DNA from: an uncultured Clostridium sp.
Lineage (GTDB): Bacteria > Bacillota > Clostridia > TANB77 > CAG-508
Direction: 5' to 3'
Assembly: GCA_947363765.1 (NCBI GenBank)
Contig: CANAQC010000002.1
Coordinates: 14,918-78,917 of the forward strand
DNA length: 64,000 nt
Positions 21,089 to 32,489 of the stretch are shown piece by piece (the stretch's first letter is position 1; the number at the start of each line of letters is the position of its first letter). Under the pieces are notes generated by a model. That model did not search any database. It was not told the origin of the DNA and was given only the letters and a program-made list of their open reading frames with translations. A program made the position numbers and the translations under genes.

Positions 21089-22247
21089 ATGAGTAAGCAA
21101 CATGTATTTATAATAGGCTCGAAAGGGATACCTGCTAAATATGGTGGTTTCGAGACATTTGTAGAAAACTTAACAAAAAAGAAAATAGATAAAAATATAA
21201 ATTATTATGTTGCTTGTATGGGGAAAAATAATAATGAATTTGAGCATAATGAAGCTATGTGTTTTAATATAAATGTTCCTAATATAGGACCTGCAAGAGC
21301 AATATATTACGATTTAAATGCGTTAAAGTATTGTATTAGGTACATAAAAAGAAATAATATACAAAATGGAATTATTTATATATTAGCATGTAGGATAGGT
21401 CCATTTATTGGGCACTATAAAAAAATTTTACTAAGGCTAGGGGTAAAATTATATATAAATCCAGATGGACATGAATGGAAAAGAGCAAAATGGAATAGAA
21501 TAATTAAGAAGTATTGGAAATTGTCTGAAAGATTAATGGTAAAACATGCAGATTTACTAATATGTGATTCTATTAACATAGAAAAATATATAATAGAAGA
21601 TTATAAAAAGTATAATCCAAATACTACTTTTATAGCCTATGGTGCAGATATAGAAAAATCTATTTTAAAAGATGATGATAAAGAACTATTAAATTGGTAT
21701 AAAAAACATAATATAACATCAAAACAATATTATTTAGTAGTAGGACGATTTGTTCCAGAAAATAATTATGAAACAATGATTACAGAATATATGAAGTCAA
21801 AAACAAGTAAGGATTTTGTTTTAATTACAAATGTAGAAAAAAATAAATTTTATGAAATGTTAAAGGAAAAGACAAAATTTAATGAAGATAAAAGAATTAA
21901 ATTTGTAGGTACAGTATATAATCAAGACTTATTAAAAAAGATTAGAGAAAATGCTTATGGATATATACATGGTCATGAAGTAGGTGGAACAAATCCATCT
22001 TTATTAGAAGCATTAGCAACAACAGATTTAAATCTATTGTTAGATGTAGGCTTTAATAAAGAAGTAGGACAAGATGGAGCATTATATTGGAATAAACAAA
22101 TGCGGAGATTTATCTGATTTGCTAGATAAAACAGATGATATTTCAAATCAAGATATAAAAGAGTATTCCTCAAAAGCTAAAAAGAGAATGAAAGAAGAGT
22201 ATGAATGGAAAAAGATTGTAAACAGATATGAGAATATTTTCATTTAG
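21089..22247 (+). CDS. GT4 glycosyltransferase with DUF1972-type N-terminus (rhamnosyltransferase-like), with CGGA recoding site
   Basis: FIIGSKGIPAKYGGFETFVENL plus EVGGTNPSLLEA. ATG-[C]GGA continues as GDLSDLLDKTDDISNQDIKEYSSKAKKRMKEEYEWKKIVNRYENIFI*. Confidence 0.85.
22103..22106 (+). other. CGGA recoding site (Gly)
   Basis: Context ATG-CGGA-GAT. The +1 frame is open for 47 codons with a typical GT4 C-terminal helix. Confidence 0.65.
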
Positions 22248-22265
22248 GGAAGGAAATTAAAATAA

Positions 22266-23267
22266 ATGAATAAAATAACAATAGTAGTACCAATATATAA
22301 TATTGATACAAAACATTTAAAACAGTGCATAAATTCATTATTAAATCAGACACTAAAGGAAATAGAAATTATTTTGGTAGATGATGGGTCTACTAGTGAT
22401 AACGCATTAATTTGCGATCAATATTCAAATTTGGAATCCAGAATAAAAGTCATTCATAAAAAAAACAAAGGAGTATCATCAGCACGAAATGAAGGAATAA
22501 AACAGTCTACTACAGATTATATTATGTTTGTTGATGGAGATGATTGGCTTGATGCAGAGTGTTGTGAGAAAGTATATAATTATATTATACAAAATCCAAA
22601 AATAGAATTAGTTTGTTATTCTTATTATAAAAACTATAGTGATAGAGAAGAAAAAATTAATATTTTTAGTAGCAAAAAATTAATTGATTGCAAAAAGAAA
22701 GAAACTAATTATTATGATATGAAAATATTAGGTAGTACTTGTATGAAACTTTATTCTAAAAAAATATTTGCTGAAAAATATTTTAATGAGGACTTAGTTA
22801 ATGGAGAAGATGTAGAGTTTAATTTTAGAATTTTTAAAAATATAGGTTATATATTTGGAACTAATGAAAATTTTTATCATTATAGAATACAAAATAGTTC
22901 ATCTGTTAGAAAATATAATGAACACATGATAAGTAATTATGAAGAAACACTAAATGCTATGAAAACTAATCTTAATAATGATGATAATGAAATGAGAATA
23001 AATGCGTATTATTCATTTGGTGCAATATCATATCTTATGATATGTATGAATGCTATATTTACAAAAGGAAATAAGAAGACATATATCCAAAAAGTACAAC
23101 AATTAAAGGAACTATCTAAAAAAACAAATTATAAAGAAATACTAAGAAATAGTAATAGGGTAAAATTACCTTTTACAAGAAAATTGCCACTTATATTAGC
23201 TAAATATCATATGTATTGTGGTTTAAATTTAATGATTAAAGTAAAAAAAATATTAATGAGTAGGTAA
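22266..23267 (+). CDS. GT2 family glycosyltransferase
   Basis: ITIVVPIYN...LVDDGS...VDGDD motifs. Confidence 0.85.
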   Translation: MNKITIVVPIYNIDTKHLKQCINSLLNQTLKEIEIILVDDGSTSDNALICDQYSNLESRIKVIHKKNKGVSSARNEGIKQSTTDYIMFVDGDDWLDAECCEKVYNYIIQNPKIELVCYSYYKNYSDREEKINIFSSKKLIDCKKKETNYYDMKILGSTCMKLYSKKIFAEKYFNEDLVNGEDVEFNFRIFKNIGYIFGTNENFYHYRIQNSSSVRKYNEHMISNYEETLNAMKTNLNNDDNEMRINAYYSFGAISYLMICMNAIFTKGNKKTYIQKVQQLKELSKKTNYKEILRNSNRVKLPFTRKLPLILAKYHMYCGLNLMIKVKKILMSR

Positions 23268-23270
23268 AAA

Positions 23271-24119
23271 ATGAAAATTTCAATTATAACTCCAATTTAT
23301 AAAGGAAATAAATATTTAAACAAATACTTAACTATAATAGAAAAATCAATTTCTAAATTACCAGAAACTGAAGTTATATGGGTAAATGATAGTCCAGATG
23401 TATCATTAGAATATGACGAAACTTTAGCTAAGAAAATACATTTAAAGATTATTAATAACAAAGAAAATTGTGGAATACATAGGTCAAGAGTAAAGGGATT
23501 ACAAGAAGCAAGTGGAGAATACATATTATTTTTAGATCAAGATGATGAAATAATGGAAGATACTTTGATTTCTCAGTATAAAAATGTACAAGGATATGAT
23601 ATGGTAATTGGAAATGGATATTTTGAAGATAAAAATGGATTACATGATATATTTTTAAATAGATATTCACAAGATTTTGCAACAAAAAAAACATCATATA
23701 TATTAATAAGAGATTTTATTGTTTCTCCAGGGCAATGTTTAATAAGAAAACAAAGTATACCTAATGAATGGAAGATAGGATTTTTAAATAATAGTGGAAC
23801 AGATGATTTTTTATTATGGTTATTAATGTTTAATAATAATTGTAGAATTGTATGTAATTATTCTTATATATATACACATAAATATACAGGTGAAAATTTG
23901 TCATTATATGAAGAGAAAATGTATAATTCTCAATTAGAAATGTTAGATATTTTAAGTAAAACTGAAACATACAACAAAAAAGATTTAATTATGTTGAAAA
24001 GAACACTTTTATATAAACATAATTACAAAAAGAATTTTTGGAAAGAAACAATTAAAAATTTAGATATTTTTTTATATAATGCTATATATAGAATACTATG
24101 GAAAGGATATAGAATATGA
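23271..24119 (+). CDS. GT2 family glycosyltransferase
   Basis: ISIITPIYKG...VNDSPD...LDQDDE motifs. Confidence 0.8.
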   Translation: MKISIITPIYKGNKYLNKYLTIIEKSISKLPETEVIWVNDSPDVSLEYDETLAKKIHLKIINNKENCGIHRSRVKGLQEASGEYILFLDQDDEIMEDTLISQYKNVQGYDMVIGNGYFEDKNGLHDIFLNRYSQDFATKKTSYILIRDFIVSPGQCLIRKQSIPNEWKIGFLNNSGTDDFLLWLLMFNNNCRIVCNYSYIYTHKYTGENLSLYEEKMYNSQLEMLDILSKTETYNKKDLIMLKRTLLYKHNYKKNFWKETIKNLDIFLYNAIYRILWKGYRI

Positions 24120-25327
24120 TAGTAAAAAATATAAAATATAATGTGATTGCTACATTATTATATTTTTTTAGACAAATGATATATTATTTAAATATATCAC
24201 AAGGATATTTTTTAGTAGGAAATTTAGATGCTTTTTTTATTTTAGCTCCAATATATATAATAAAAAATATAAAAAAAATAAAAAAAGAAACAATTATATT
24301 TATAGTAGTTTGTATAGTTTATTTATTTATACAAATATTTTTTATACCAGAATTAGATATTGTTAGAGCTTGTATAAATCTGGCTAAAATTATAGTATGT
24401 TATTTTGTTATGCAATATATAATACAATATTACAATAAAATTGATTTTAAATTTATATGTAAAATGTTTTCTATATTATGTATAATATTTTTAGTAATTT
24501 CATTAATTGCTCCTGATGGAATATTATGGAGACATAATGATACGATAAATAAATATGATTTAGATAGATTACAGTTTTTATATACAGAACCAAGTGAATT
24601 AGGGCTTCATTCTATATTAATAATTTTATTACTTTTTTATATGTTAATAGAATCTAAAAATATAAAACAAATGACTGTAAATATTTTATTAATGATTCCT
24701 ATTTTTATAACATTATTTTTGGCAAGACCACTTGGAGCAATAGGAATTGGAGCAATAGCAATTGGAATATTATGTATAATGGATTTAATTTATAATTATT
24801 CTAAAAGAAAGCTAGGGTTTTATCTGATTTTGCTAGTTATTGCAGTTTTTATAATGGGATATATGATTGTTTCACAGAATTCTTTATATTTAAGAGTTAT
24901 AGATACTTTTAATAAAAAGGATTTATCTAATAATTATAGGATGTTTGTTCCTTTTTATGTATCTAGACAGGTAATTATAGATACGAATGCAATAGGAATA
25001 GGATTTGGAAATTTAGAATTAGAAAATAATGTAGAAAAATATAAAGATTTAGGACTAGAAAGAGCAGGTATTGTAAGTTCTTATATGAATGTTATTAGTG
25101 AAAGTGGCATATTGGGAATTATAATAGTTTCGACTATTATGGCTGCTATATTAAAAAAATCATTTGAAGAAAAATCATCAATAAAAATAGCATTATCAGT
25201 TTTTATTATTGTATATCAATTTGTGGGAACGCATTTTACTAATCCATTATGTTGGGTTATATATGGGATTATTTTAAGTAATTTAGATTTTAAAGATATA
25301 CTTAAAAATGATTGTAATAAAGAATAG
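24116..25327 (+). CDS. O-antigen polymerase/ligase-like (Wzy-type) membrane protein
   Basis: 403 aa, about 10 TM helices with one larger loop; located in a Wzx/Wzy-type locus. Confidence 0.65.
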   Translation: MIVKNIKYNVIATLLYFFRQMIYYLNISQGYFLVGNLDAFFILAPIYIIKNIKKIKKETIIFIVVCIVYLFIQIFFIPELDIVRACINLAKIIVCYFVMQYIIQYYNKIDFKFICKMFSILCIIFLVISLIAPDGILWRHNDTINKYDLDRLQFLYTEPSELGLHSILIILLLFYMLIESKNIKQMTVNILLMIPIFITLFLARPLGAIGIGAIAIGILCIMDLIYNYSKRKLGFYLILLVIAVFIMGYMIVSQNSLYLRVIDTFNKKDLSNNYRMFVPFYVSRQVIIDTNAIGIGFGNLELENNVEKYKDLGLERAGIVSSYMNVISESGILGIIIVSTIMAAILKKSFEEKSSIKIALSVFIIVYQFVGTHFTNPLCWVIYGIILSNLDFKDILKNDCNKE

Positions 25328-25373
25328 TTAATAGATTTATATTAAGTAATGGTATAAGAAATGAGGAATAATA

Positions 25374-26303
25374 ATGAACAATGATAAATTGCAGTTAATA
25401 GAAGCAATAGAACAATTAAATATAGAAAACAGACAATTACGTAGTTCAAAAGAGTATAAATTAGGTAAAAAAATGTATTCATTAATGGAAATAATAAAAA
25501 AAATGGATATAAAGCAATTAATTGCTAAAGTTTCAAAAAAAAGAAAAAATAAAAAGGAACAAAAATATTTACAAATACATTTACCACAAGATAATGGAGT
25601 AGAATATGAAGAAAATATAGATACAAATAAGAAAATAGTAATTTATACATGTATAACAGGAAATTACGATAATATTGTAGAACCATTATATATTCCAGAA
25701 AATGTGAAATATGTATTATATACAAATTCTCAAAAAATTAAAACTAGTAAATGGGAAATAAGAGAAATTCCAGAAAGTATTTCTAAGTTAGAAAATAACA
25801 TTTTAATAAATAGATATATAAAAATGCATCCATATGAATTGTTTAAAAATGAATATGATTATGCAATATATATAGATGGAAACATAAGAACTGTATCAGA
25901 TATATCTAGTTTTGTAACAAAAGTAAAACCTGATACAGGACTTGCGCTACATAGACATTATATAAGAGATTGCGTTTATATGGAGGCAGAAGCATGTAAA
26001 TTATATAAAAGAGGTAATTTAAAAAAACTAGAAGAACAAATAAAAAGATATGAAACAGAAAAAATGCCTAAACATTATGGATTATTAGAAGCCAATGTTA
26101 TTGTTACTGATTTAAAAAATGAAATAGCAGTAAGTATTCAAAATAATTGGTGGGAAGAATTTATTAATTCACAAAGTAATAGAGATCAAATTAGTTTAAT
26201 ATATGTTCTTTGGAAAATGGGATATAATGTTGAAAATATAGGAAATTTAGGATATAATGTTCATAATAATAAAAAGTTAGAGATTTTATCTCATACAAAG
26301 TAA
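25374..26303 (+). CDS. DUF616-type glycosyltransferase-like protein
   Basis: IVIYTCITGNYDN...YTN...YIDGN pattern typical of DUF616. Confidence 0.65.
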   Translation: MNNDKLQLIEAIEQLNIENRQLRSSKEYKLGKKMYSLMEIIKKMDIKQLIAKVSKKRKNKKEQKYLQIHLPQDNGVEYEENIDTNKKIVIYTCITGNYDNIVEPLYIPENVKYVLYTNSQKIKTSKWEIREIPESISKLENNILINRYIKMHPYELFKNEYDYAIYIDGNIRTVSDISSFVTKVKPDTGLALHRHYIRDCVYMEAEACKLYKRGNLKKLEEQIKRYETEKMPKHYGLLEANVIVTDLKNEIAVSIQNNWWEEFINSQSNRDQISLIYVLWKMGYNVENIGNLGYNVHNNKKLEILSHTK

Positions 26304-26334
26304 AGTATTATATATTAAAAATTCAGGAGAAAAC

Positions 26335-27204
26335 ATGAAAAATATACTAATATTAAGGGAAAAAAAGAATGATTACTTTTTAGGATATATAAAAAATGCA
26401 AATATTGATAGTATATATATAAATGCATATGGAAGAAATAAAATACTTACAAGACTATGTGCGAAATTTAAAGTTAATAGTTTTGGTATATTTTTAGGTA
26501 ATTGGAAGAGAAACATAAAAAAATATGATATAATCATAATATTTGATAATAAATTTGAAATAGGTGTTTCTAAGTACATAAAACGTAAAAATCCAAATTG
26601 TAAAATTATATTCTATTTTTGGAATAATATAAATAATTTTAATAAATATGCATTAAAGGATAGCAATATAGATGAATTTTATACTTATAGTCAAGCAGAT
26701 GCAAAAAAATACAATATAAAGTATAATTCTCAGTTTTACACAAAAGATATAAAATTAAAATCTGATGATTTAAAATATGATATTACTTTTTTAGGAAGAA
26801 ATAAAAATAGAAAAAGTATAATTTTACAAATAGAACAACAATTAAATAAATTGGGTATTAAAACAAATTTTACTGTTATTGGAGAAGAAAAAAAATGTAT
26901 ATCTTATAAAGAATATTTAAAAAAAATCGAAAAGTCGAAAGCGATATTAGATATTATTGAAGATACACAATATCCAGCATTGACATTAAGAGTGTTAGAA
27001 TCGTTATTTTTTGAGAAAAAGTTAGTGACCAATAATGAAGATATTAAAAATTATGCAATTTACAACCCTAATAATATTTTTATAGTAAAAGAAAATAACA
27101 TAACTGATATTATAAAATTTTTAGAAAAGCCATATATTTCATTAAAACCTGAAATAATTGACTATTATGATTTTAAAAATTGGATAAAAAGATTTATAGA
27201 TTGA
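26335..27204 (+). CDS. hypothetical polysaccharide-locus protein (possible GT-B-like C-terminal half)
   Basis: 289-aa ORF in an operonic position; no confident motif. Confidence 0.5.
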   Translation: MKNILILREKKNDYFLGYIKNANIDSIYINAYGRNKILTRLCAKFKVNSFGIFLGNWKRNIKKYDIIIIFDNKFEIGVSKYIKRKNPNCKIIFYFWNNINNFNKYALKDSNIDEFYTYSQADAKKYNIKYNSQFYTKDIKLKSDDLKYDITFLGRNKNRKSIILQIEQQLNKLGIKTNFTVIGEEKKCISYKEYLKKIEKSKAILDIIEDTQYPALTLRVLESLFFEKKLVTNNEDIKNYAIYNPNNIFIVKENNITDIIKFLEKPYISLKPEIIDYYDFKNWIKRFID

Positions 27205-27220
27205 GAGGCAAAACATAGTA

Positions 27221-28657
27221 ATGGAAGAAAAATCAATAAAGACTAATGTAATACTTAATATAGTAAGAACTGTTTTATCTATTATATACCCATTAATTAC
27301 TTTTCCATATGTATCTAGAGTATTAAGTGCTGATGGTATTGGAAAAGTACAATTTGCAGCTTCAATAGTAAGTTATTTTGCATTAATTGCATCTTTGGGA
27401 ATTTCTACATACGCGATAAGAGAGGGATCAAGATTAAGAGATAAAAAAGAAAAATTAAATAAATTTTGTAATCAAGTATTTTCTTTTAATATAATAACAA
27501 CTATGATTACATATATTGCTATAACTATTTTGATTTTTTCTTTAAAACAAGATGTAGAATATAAATATTTAATTATAATACAAAGTATGACAATAATATT
27601 TACTACTTTAGGTGTAGACTGGATAAATGCAATATTTGAAGATTATAAATATATTACAATAAGAAGTGTAATATTGCAATTTATAACTCTAATTTTTACA
27701 TTTGTTTTTATACATAATAGTAATGATTACTATGTTTATGCACTAATAACAGTTATTTCGAGTGTAGGAGCAAATATTTTAAATTTTTTCTATATAAAAA
27801 GATACTGTAAAATAAAATTTACTTTATCTATTGATATAAAAAAGCATTTTAGACCTATAATTATACTATTTTCAAATTCAATTGCTGCTACAGTATATAA
27901 AGATGCAGATATAACAATGTTAGGAATTTTATGTGATGATTTTACAGTTGGAATATATTATATAGGATCAAAGATTTATTATATTATTAAACAAATTTTA
28001 AATTCAATTATAACTGTAATCATTCCTAGAGTTTCCAATTATAATGCAAATAATGAAAAACAAAAAAAGGAAAAGCTTTTAAATAATGTAATAAATATTT
28101 TGATTGTATTGATATTACCAGCAGTCGTAGGTCTTATATCTTTGAAAAATGAAATAATATGGATAATATCAGGTGAAGTATATAAGGATGCAGCAAATTC
28201 TTTAGCAATATTAGCTATTGCTTTAATTTTCGCAGTATTAGCAAATTTTTCATCTAATCTTATCTTAATTTTGGAAAAGCAAGAGAAAAAATCTCTAATG
28301 GCTACTACAATAGCTGCTATTAGTAATATTGGTTTAAATTTTATTTTTATACCTTTGTGGAAATCTATAGGTGCAGCAATTACAACATTAATTGCAGAAG
28401 CGATCGTAGCAATTATTACGACAGTATATGCAATTAAATATTTTAAACCCAAAATACAAATTAAAATATTGTTATCTAGTATTATTGGATGTGGTATAAT
28501 AATTATAATAACTAGATGTATGAGATATTGTAATTATAATATAATATGGTATATAATATGTTCTATAATGTATAGTAGTGTAGCATATATTTTAATTATG
28601 CTAGTTACTAATATGAAAGAAATAAAAGAAGTTTTAAAAAAGAGGGATAATATATGA
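27221..28657 (+). CDS. Wzx-type polysaccharide flippase (MOP superfamily)
   Basis: 478 aa, 12-14 TM helices, N-terminal pattern typical of polysaccharide biosynthesis proteins. Confidence 0.8.
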   Translation: MEEKSIKTNVILNIVRTVLSIIYPLITFPYVSRVLSADGIGKVQFAASIVSYFALIASLGISTYAIREGSRLRDKKEKLNKFCNQVFSFNIITTMITYIAITILIFSLKQDVEYKYLIIIQSMTIIFTTLGVDWINAIFEDYKYITIRSVILQFITLIFTFVFIHNSNDYYVYALITVISSVGANILNFFYIKRYCKIKFTLSIDIKKHFRPIIILFSNSIAATVYKDADITMLGILCDDFTVGIYYIGSKIYYIIKQILNSIITVIIPRVSNYNANNEKQKKEKLLNNVINILIVLILPAVVGLISLKNEIIWIISGEVYKDAANSLAILAIALIFAVLANFSSNLILILEKQEKKSLMATTIAAISNIGLNFIFIPLWKSIGAAITTLIAEAIVAIITTVYAIKYFKPKIQIKILLSSIIGCGIIIIITRCMRYCNYNIIWYIICSIMYSSVAYILIMLVTNMKEIKEVLKKRDNI

Positions 28658-29634
28658 AAACATATTTTATAACAGGTGGAGCAGGTTTTATAGGATCAAG
28701 TCTTGCAGAACAATTACTAAAAAATGGAAATAAGGTAGTAACAATAGATAACTTTTGTGATTTCTATAATCCAAAAATAAAAGAAAATAATGTTAAAGAA
28801 TTAATGAATAATGTTAATTTTAAATTATATAAAGAGGATATTAGAAATAGACAAGCTATTAAACAAATATTTGATGAAAATAAAATTGATGTAGTTATGC
28901 ATTTAGCAGCAATGGCAGGAGTAAGACCATCTATAGAAAATCCAATTTTATATCAAGAAGTTAATTGTATGGGGACACAAAACATATTAGAAGAAATGAG
29001 ACACCACAATATTTTAAATCTTGTTATGGCATCTTCTAGTAGTGTATATGGAAATTGTAAAGAAGTACCATTTAATGAAGATATGGTAGTAGATTTCGCA
29101 ATTAGTCCTTATGCTGCAACAAAAAAGTCTAATGAAGTAATGACACATGTATATCATAAGTTATATAATATGAATGTAGTTATGCTTAGATTTTTTACAG
29201 TATATGGACCAAAACAAAGACCAGATTTAGCAATTAATAAATTCACAAGGTTAATGTTAAATAATGAGGAAATTCCTATGTTTGGGGATGGATTCACTTC
29301 AAGAGATTATACATATATAGACGATATTGTTGATGGAATAATTAAGACATGTGAATATACTCTAAATAATAAAGATGTTTATGAAATTTTAAATATAGGA
29401 AATTCAGAACCTGTTACATTAAAAGAAATGATACAAGTAATTGGAGATGTATTAAATATTAAACCTAAAATAAAACAATTACCAATGCAACCAGGAGATG
29501 TTAACAGAACTTATGCTGATATAACAAAAGCAAAAAAAATGTTAGGATATGAACCTAAAACTACTTTTAGAGAAGGAATAAAAAATTTTATTAATTGGTA
29601 CAAAGATAATATAGAATTATATGAAGATATATAA
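28654..29634 (+). CDS. NAD-dependent nucleotide-sugar epimerase (UDP-glucuronate 4-epimerase-like)
   Basis: GGAGFIGS Rossmann motif, YAATK catalytic motif; adjacent to ugd. Confidence 0.8.
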   Translation: MKTYFITGGAGFIGSSLAEQLLKNGNKVVTIDNFCDFYNPKIKENNVKELMNNVNFKLYKEDIRNRQAIKQIFDENKIDVVMHLAAMAGVRPSIENPILYQEVNCMGTQNILEEMRHHNILNLVMASSSSVYGNCKEVPFNEDMVVDFAISPYAATKKSNEVMTHVYHKLYNMNVVMLRFFTVYGPKQRPDLAINKFTRLMLNNEEIPMFGDGFTSRDYTYIDDIVDGIIKTCEYTLNNKDVYEILNIGNSEPVTLKEMIQVIGDVLNIKPKIKQLPMQPGDVNRTYADITKAKKMLGYEPKTTFREGIKNFINWYKDNIELYEDI

Positions 29635-29707
29635 AAGCTAATATGGAGAGGAATAAGATAGATACTATAAATTACATAGAAAATTAAATGTTGCATAGGA
29701 GGATAAT

Positions 29708-31009
29708 ATGAAGCAGTATAAAATAGCAGTAGCAGGAACAGGATATGTTGGATTAGTAGCAGGTGTTTGTTTTGCACAAAAAGGACATAAGGTTATTTGT
29801 GTAGATGTTGATCAAAATAAAGTGAAATTAATGAAAAGCGGAAAATGTCCAATATATGAAGAAAATTTAGAAGAATTAATGGTTAAAAATTATAATGAAG
29901 GAAGAATAGACTATACAACAGATTATAAATCAGCTTATAAGGATGCAGATGCTATATTTATAGGTGTAGGAACGCCGGAACAAGAAGATGGTTCTGCAAA
30001 TTTAAGTTATGTTGCAACAGTATCACGTCAAATTGCAGAAAGTATAAAAAAAGATTGTTTAGTAGTTGTAAAATCTACTGTTCCAGTAGGAACTAATGAT
30101 AAAGTAGAACAATTTATAAAAGATTCTTTAGTTAATAATGTAAAAATTGAAGTAGCAAGTAACCCAGAATTTTTAGCACAAGGACATGCTGTAAGAGATA
30201 CTTTGCAAGCAAAGAGAATTATAATTGGTACTAAAACTAAAGAAGCAGAAAAAATGCTAAGAGAAATTTATGAACCATTTAATTTACCAATTGTATCAGT
30301 AAGCAGAAGAAGTGCTGAAATGATTAAATATGCTTCAAATGATTTTTTAGCTTTAAAGATTTCATATATGAATGATATAGCAAATCTTTGTGAATTAGTT
30401 GGAGCAAATATTGAAGATGTAGCAAAAGGTATGAGTTATGACCCAAGAATTGGTTCAAGTTTTTTACATGCAGGTATTGGCTATGGAGGAAGTTGTTTTC
30501 CAAAAGATACAAAAGCTTTAAAATATTTAGCAAAACAGCATGGATATAAATTAAGAACTATAGAAGCAGCTGTTGATGTTAATGAAGATCAAAAAACAAA
30601 ATTATTTAAAAAAGCAAGTGAAAGATTAATAACTTTTAATGGATTAAAAGTAGCGGTATTAGGACTTACATTTAAAGCTGGAACTGATGATTTAAGAGAA
30701 GCTCCATCAATAAATAATATTGAATTATTGCTAAAAAATGGAGCAAATATTTATGCTTATGATCCTGTAGGAATAGATAACTTTAAAAAGAAATATCCAA
30801 ATCAAATAACATATGTAGAAAATCCAAATGATGCTTTAAAAGATGCAAATGTATGTTTTGTATTTACTGAATGGGAAGAAATTAAGAAAATTGAACCCAA
30901 AATGTATAAAGAATTAATGAAGACTCCATTAGTATATGATGGAAGAAATATTTATGAAATAGATGAAATGAAGGATAATAATATAGAATATTATTCAATT
31001 GGTAGATAA
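29708..31009 (+). CDS. ugd: UDP-glucose 6-dehydrogenase
   Basis: GTGYVGLV, GGSCFPKD and FKAGTDDLREAP motifs. Confidence 0.92.
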   Translation: MKQYKIAVAGTGYVGLVAGVCFAQKGHKVICVDVDQNKVKLMKSGKCPIYEENLEELMVKNYNEGRIDYTTDYKSAYKDADAIFIGVGTPEQEDGSANLSYVATVSRQIAESIKKDCLVVVKSTVPVGTNDKVEQFIKDSLVNNVKIEVASNPEFLAQGHAVRDTLQAKRIIIGTKTKEAEKMLREIYEPFNLPIVSVSRRSAEMIKYASNDFLALKISYMNDIANLCELVGANIEDVAKGMSYDPRIGSSFLHAGIGYGGSCFPKDTKALKYLAKQHGYKLRTIEAAVDVNEDQKTKLFKKASERLITFNGLKVAVLGLTFKAGTDDLREAPSINNIELLLKNGANIYAYDPVGIDNFKKKYPNQITYVENPNDALKDANVCFVFTEWEEIKKIEPKMYKELMKTPLVYDGRNIYEIDEMKDNNIEYYSIGR

Positions 31010-31060
31010 AATGAAGGATAATAATATAGAATATTATTCAATTGGTAGATAAAATGAAGG
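30968..31060 (+). repeat. 43-bp tandem duplication (2.2 copies) of the 3' end of ugd including its stop
   Basis: ATGAAGGATAATAATATAGAATATTATTCAATTGGTAGATAAA at 30968-31010 and 31011-31053; a partial third copy at 31054-31060 runs into the RBS of the next gene. Confidence 0.9.
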
Positions 31061-31069
31061 GAAAAAAAT

Positions 31070-31609
31070 ATGTTTAAGAAAATAATGGAAATAATAAAAT
31101 TATTATTTGTAAGAAATCCAGAAAAATATATAGAAAAGATGGGGGTTAATTTAGGAAAAAATGTCAAATTTATTATATATCCATATTTTTGGTCATATCC
31201 TAAAATTGGCTCTGAACCATATTTAATTAGTATAGGAGATGATACTTTAATTTCTTTTGATGTTACTTTTATTACACATGATGGTTCAGTTAACTGTTTT
31301 AACAAAAAAGAAAAGTATAAAAACATAGTAAGATTTGGAAAAATTAAAATAGGAAATAATTGTTTTATTGGTTGCAAAACAATTATTATGCAAAATGTAA
31401 CTATAGGAAATGATTGTATTGTAGGTGCAGGTAGTATTGTTACCAAAAATATACCAGATGGAGAAGTATGGGCAGGAGTGCCTGCTAAATTTATAGGTTA
31501 TACAAAGGATTTAGGAGAAAAATACTTAAAGCAAACTCCTAAGTATGATAATAAAAATTTACAATTAAATCGTAAAGAAGAAATATTGAAAATAGTAGAA
31601 GGAGAGTAA
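31070..31609 (+). CDS. hexapeptide-repeat (LbH) O-acetyltransferase
   Basis: IGNNCFIGCKTIIMQNVTIGNDCIVGAGSIVTKNIPDGEVWAGVPAKFI. Confidence 0.85.
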   Translation: MFKKIMEIIKLLFVRNPEKYIEKMGVNLGKNVKFIIYPYFWSYPKIGSEPYLISIGDDTLISFDVTFITHDGSVNCFNKKEKYKNIVRFGKIKIGNNCFIGCKTIIMQNVTIGNDCIVGAGSIVTKNIPDGEVWAGVPAKFIGYTKDLGEKYLKQTPKYDNKNLQLNRKEEILKIVEGE

Positions 31610-31615
31610 ACTAAT

Positions 31616-32458
31616 ATGAAAATTTTAATTACAGGAGCAAATGGAATGCTTGCAAAAGCAATACGAGATGAATTAAAAAATGAGGAACTAATTTTAACAG
31701 ACGTAGCTGACTTAGATATTACTAATTTAGAAGCAGTAAGAAAATTTGTACAACAAGTAAAACCGCAATATATTATAAATTGTGCTGCATATACAGCAGT
31801 CGATAAAGCAGAAGAACAAGAGGACTTAGCAAGAAGGGTAAATGCCGATGGTCCTAAAAATTTAGCAATTGTTTCAAACGAAGAAAATGCTACATTAATT
31901 CATATTAGTACAGATTATGTATTTGGTGGAGCAAAATCAGTTAATAATGATTATAATGAAATGGAGGAAAAACATCCAGAATCTGTTTATGGAGTAACAA
32001 AATTAGAAGGAGAAAATGCTATTATAGATAGTACTTTCAAATATTACATATTTCGTACAGCTTGGTTATATGGAGAGGGGAATAATTTTGTAAGAACCAT
32101 GTTAAAATTAGGAAAAGAAAAAGAGCAAATTAATGTAGTAAATGACCAACATGGAAGTCCAACATATTCAATTGACCTTGCAAGTATTATACATCAAACA
32201 ATTAAAAAACAAATTCCTTATGGAGTTTACCATGCTACTAATTTAGGATATACTACATGGTATGAATTTACAAAAAAGATATTTGAAAAAGCAAATATTT
32301 CTTGTAAAGTAAATCCAGTAACTTCAGAAGAATTTGCAAGTGTAGCAAAGCGTCCTAAAAATTCTAAATTATCAAAAGAGAAACTATTAAAAGCAGGAAT
32401 AGAAATACCAGATTATGAAGATGCTTTAGATAGATATTTGCAAATAGAACTAAAATGA
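31616..32458 (+). CDS. rmlD: dTDP-4-dehydrorhamnose reductase
   Basis: 280 aa with ILITGANGMLA, STDYVF and YGVTK motifs. Confidence 0.9.
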   Translation: MKILITGANGMLAKAIRDELKNEELILTDVADLDITNLEAVRKFVQQVKPQYIINCAAYTAVDKAEEQEDLARRVNADGPKNLAIVSNEENATLIHISTDYVFGGAKSVNNDYNEMEEKHPESVYGVTKLEGENAIIDSTFKYYIFRTAWLYGEGNNFVRTMLKLGKEKEQINVVNDQHGSPTYSIDLASIIHQTIKKQIPYGVYHATNLGYTTWYEFTKKIFEKANISCKVNPVTSEEFASVAKRPKNSKLSKEKLLKAGIEIPDYEDALDRYLQIELK

Positions 32459-32489
32459 TATTTATTTATAGTAAGAGGATGTGAATAAA

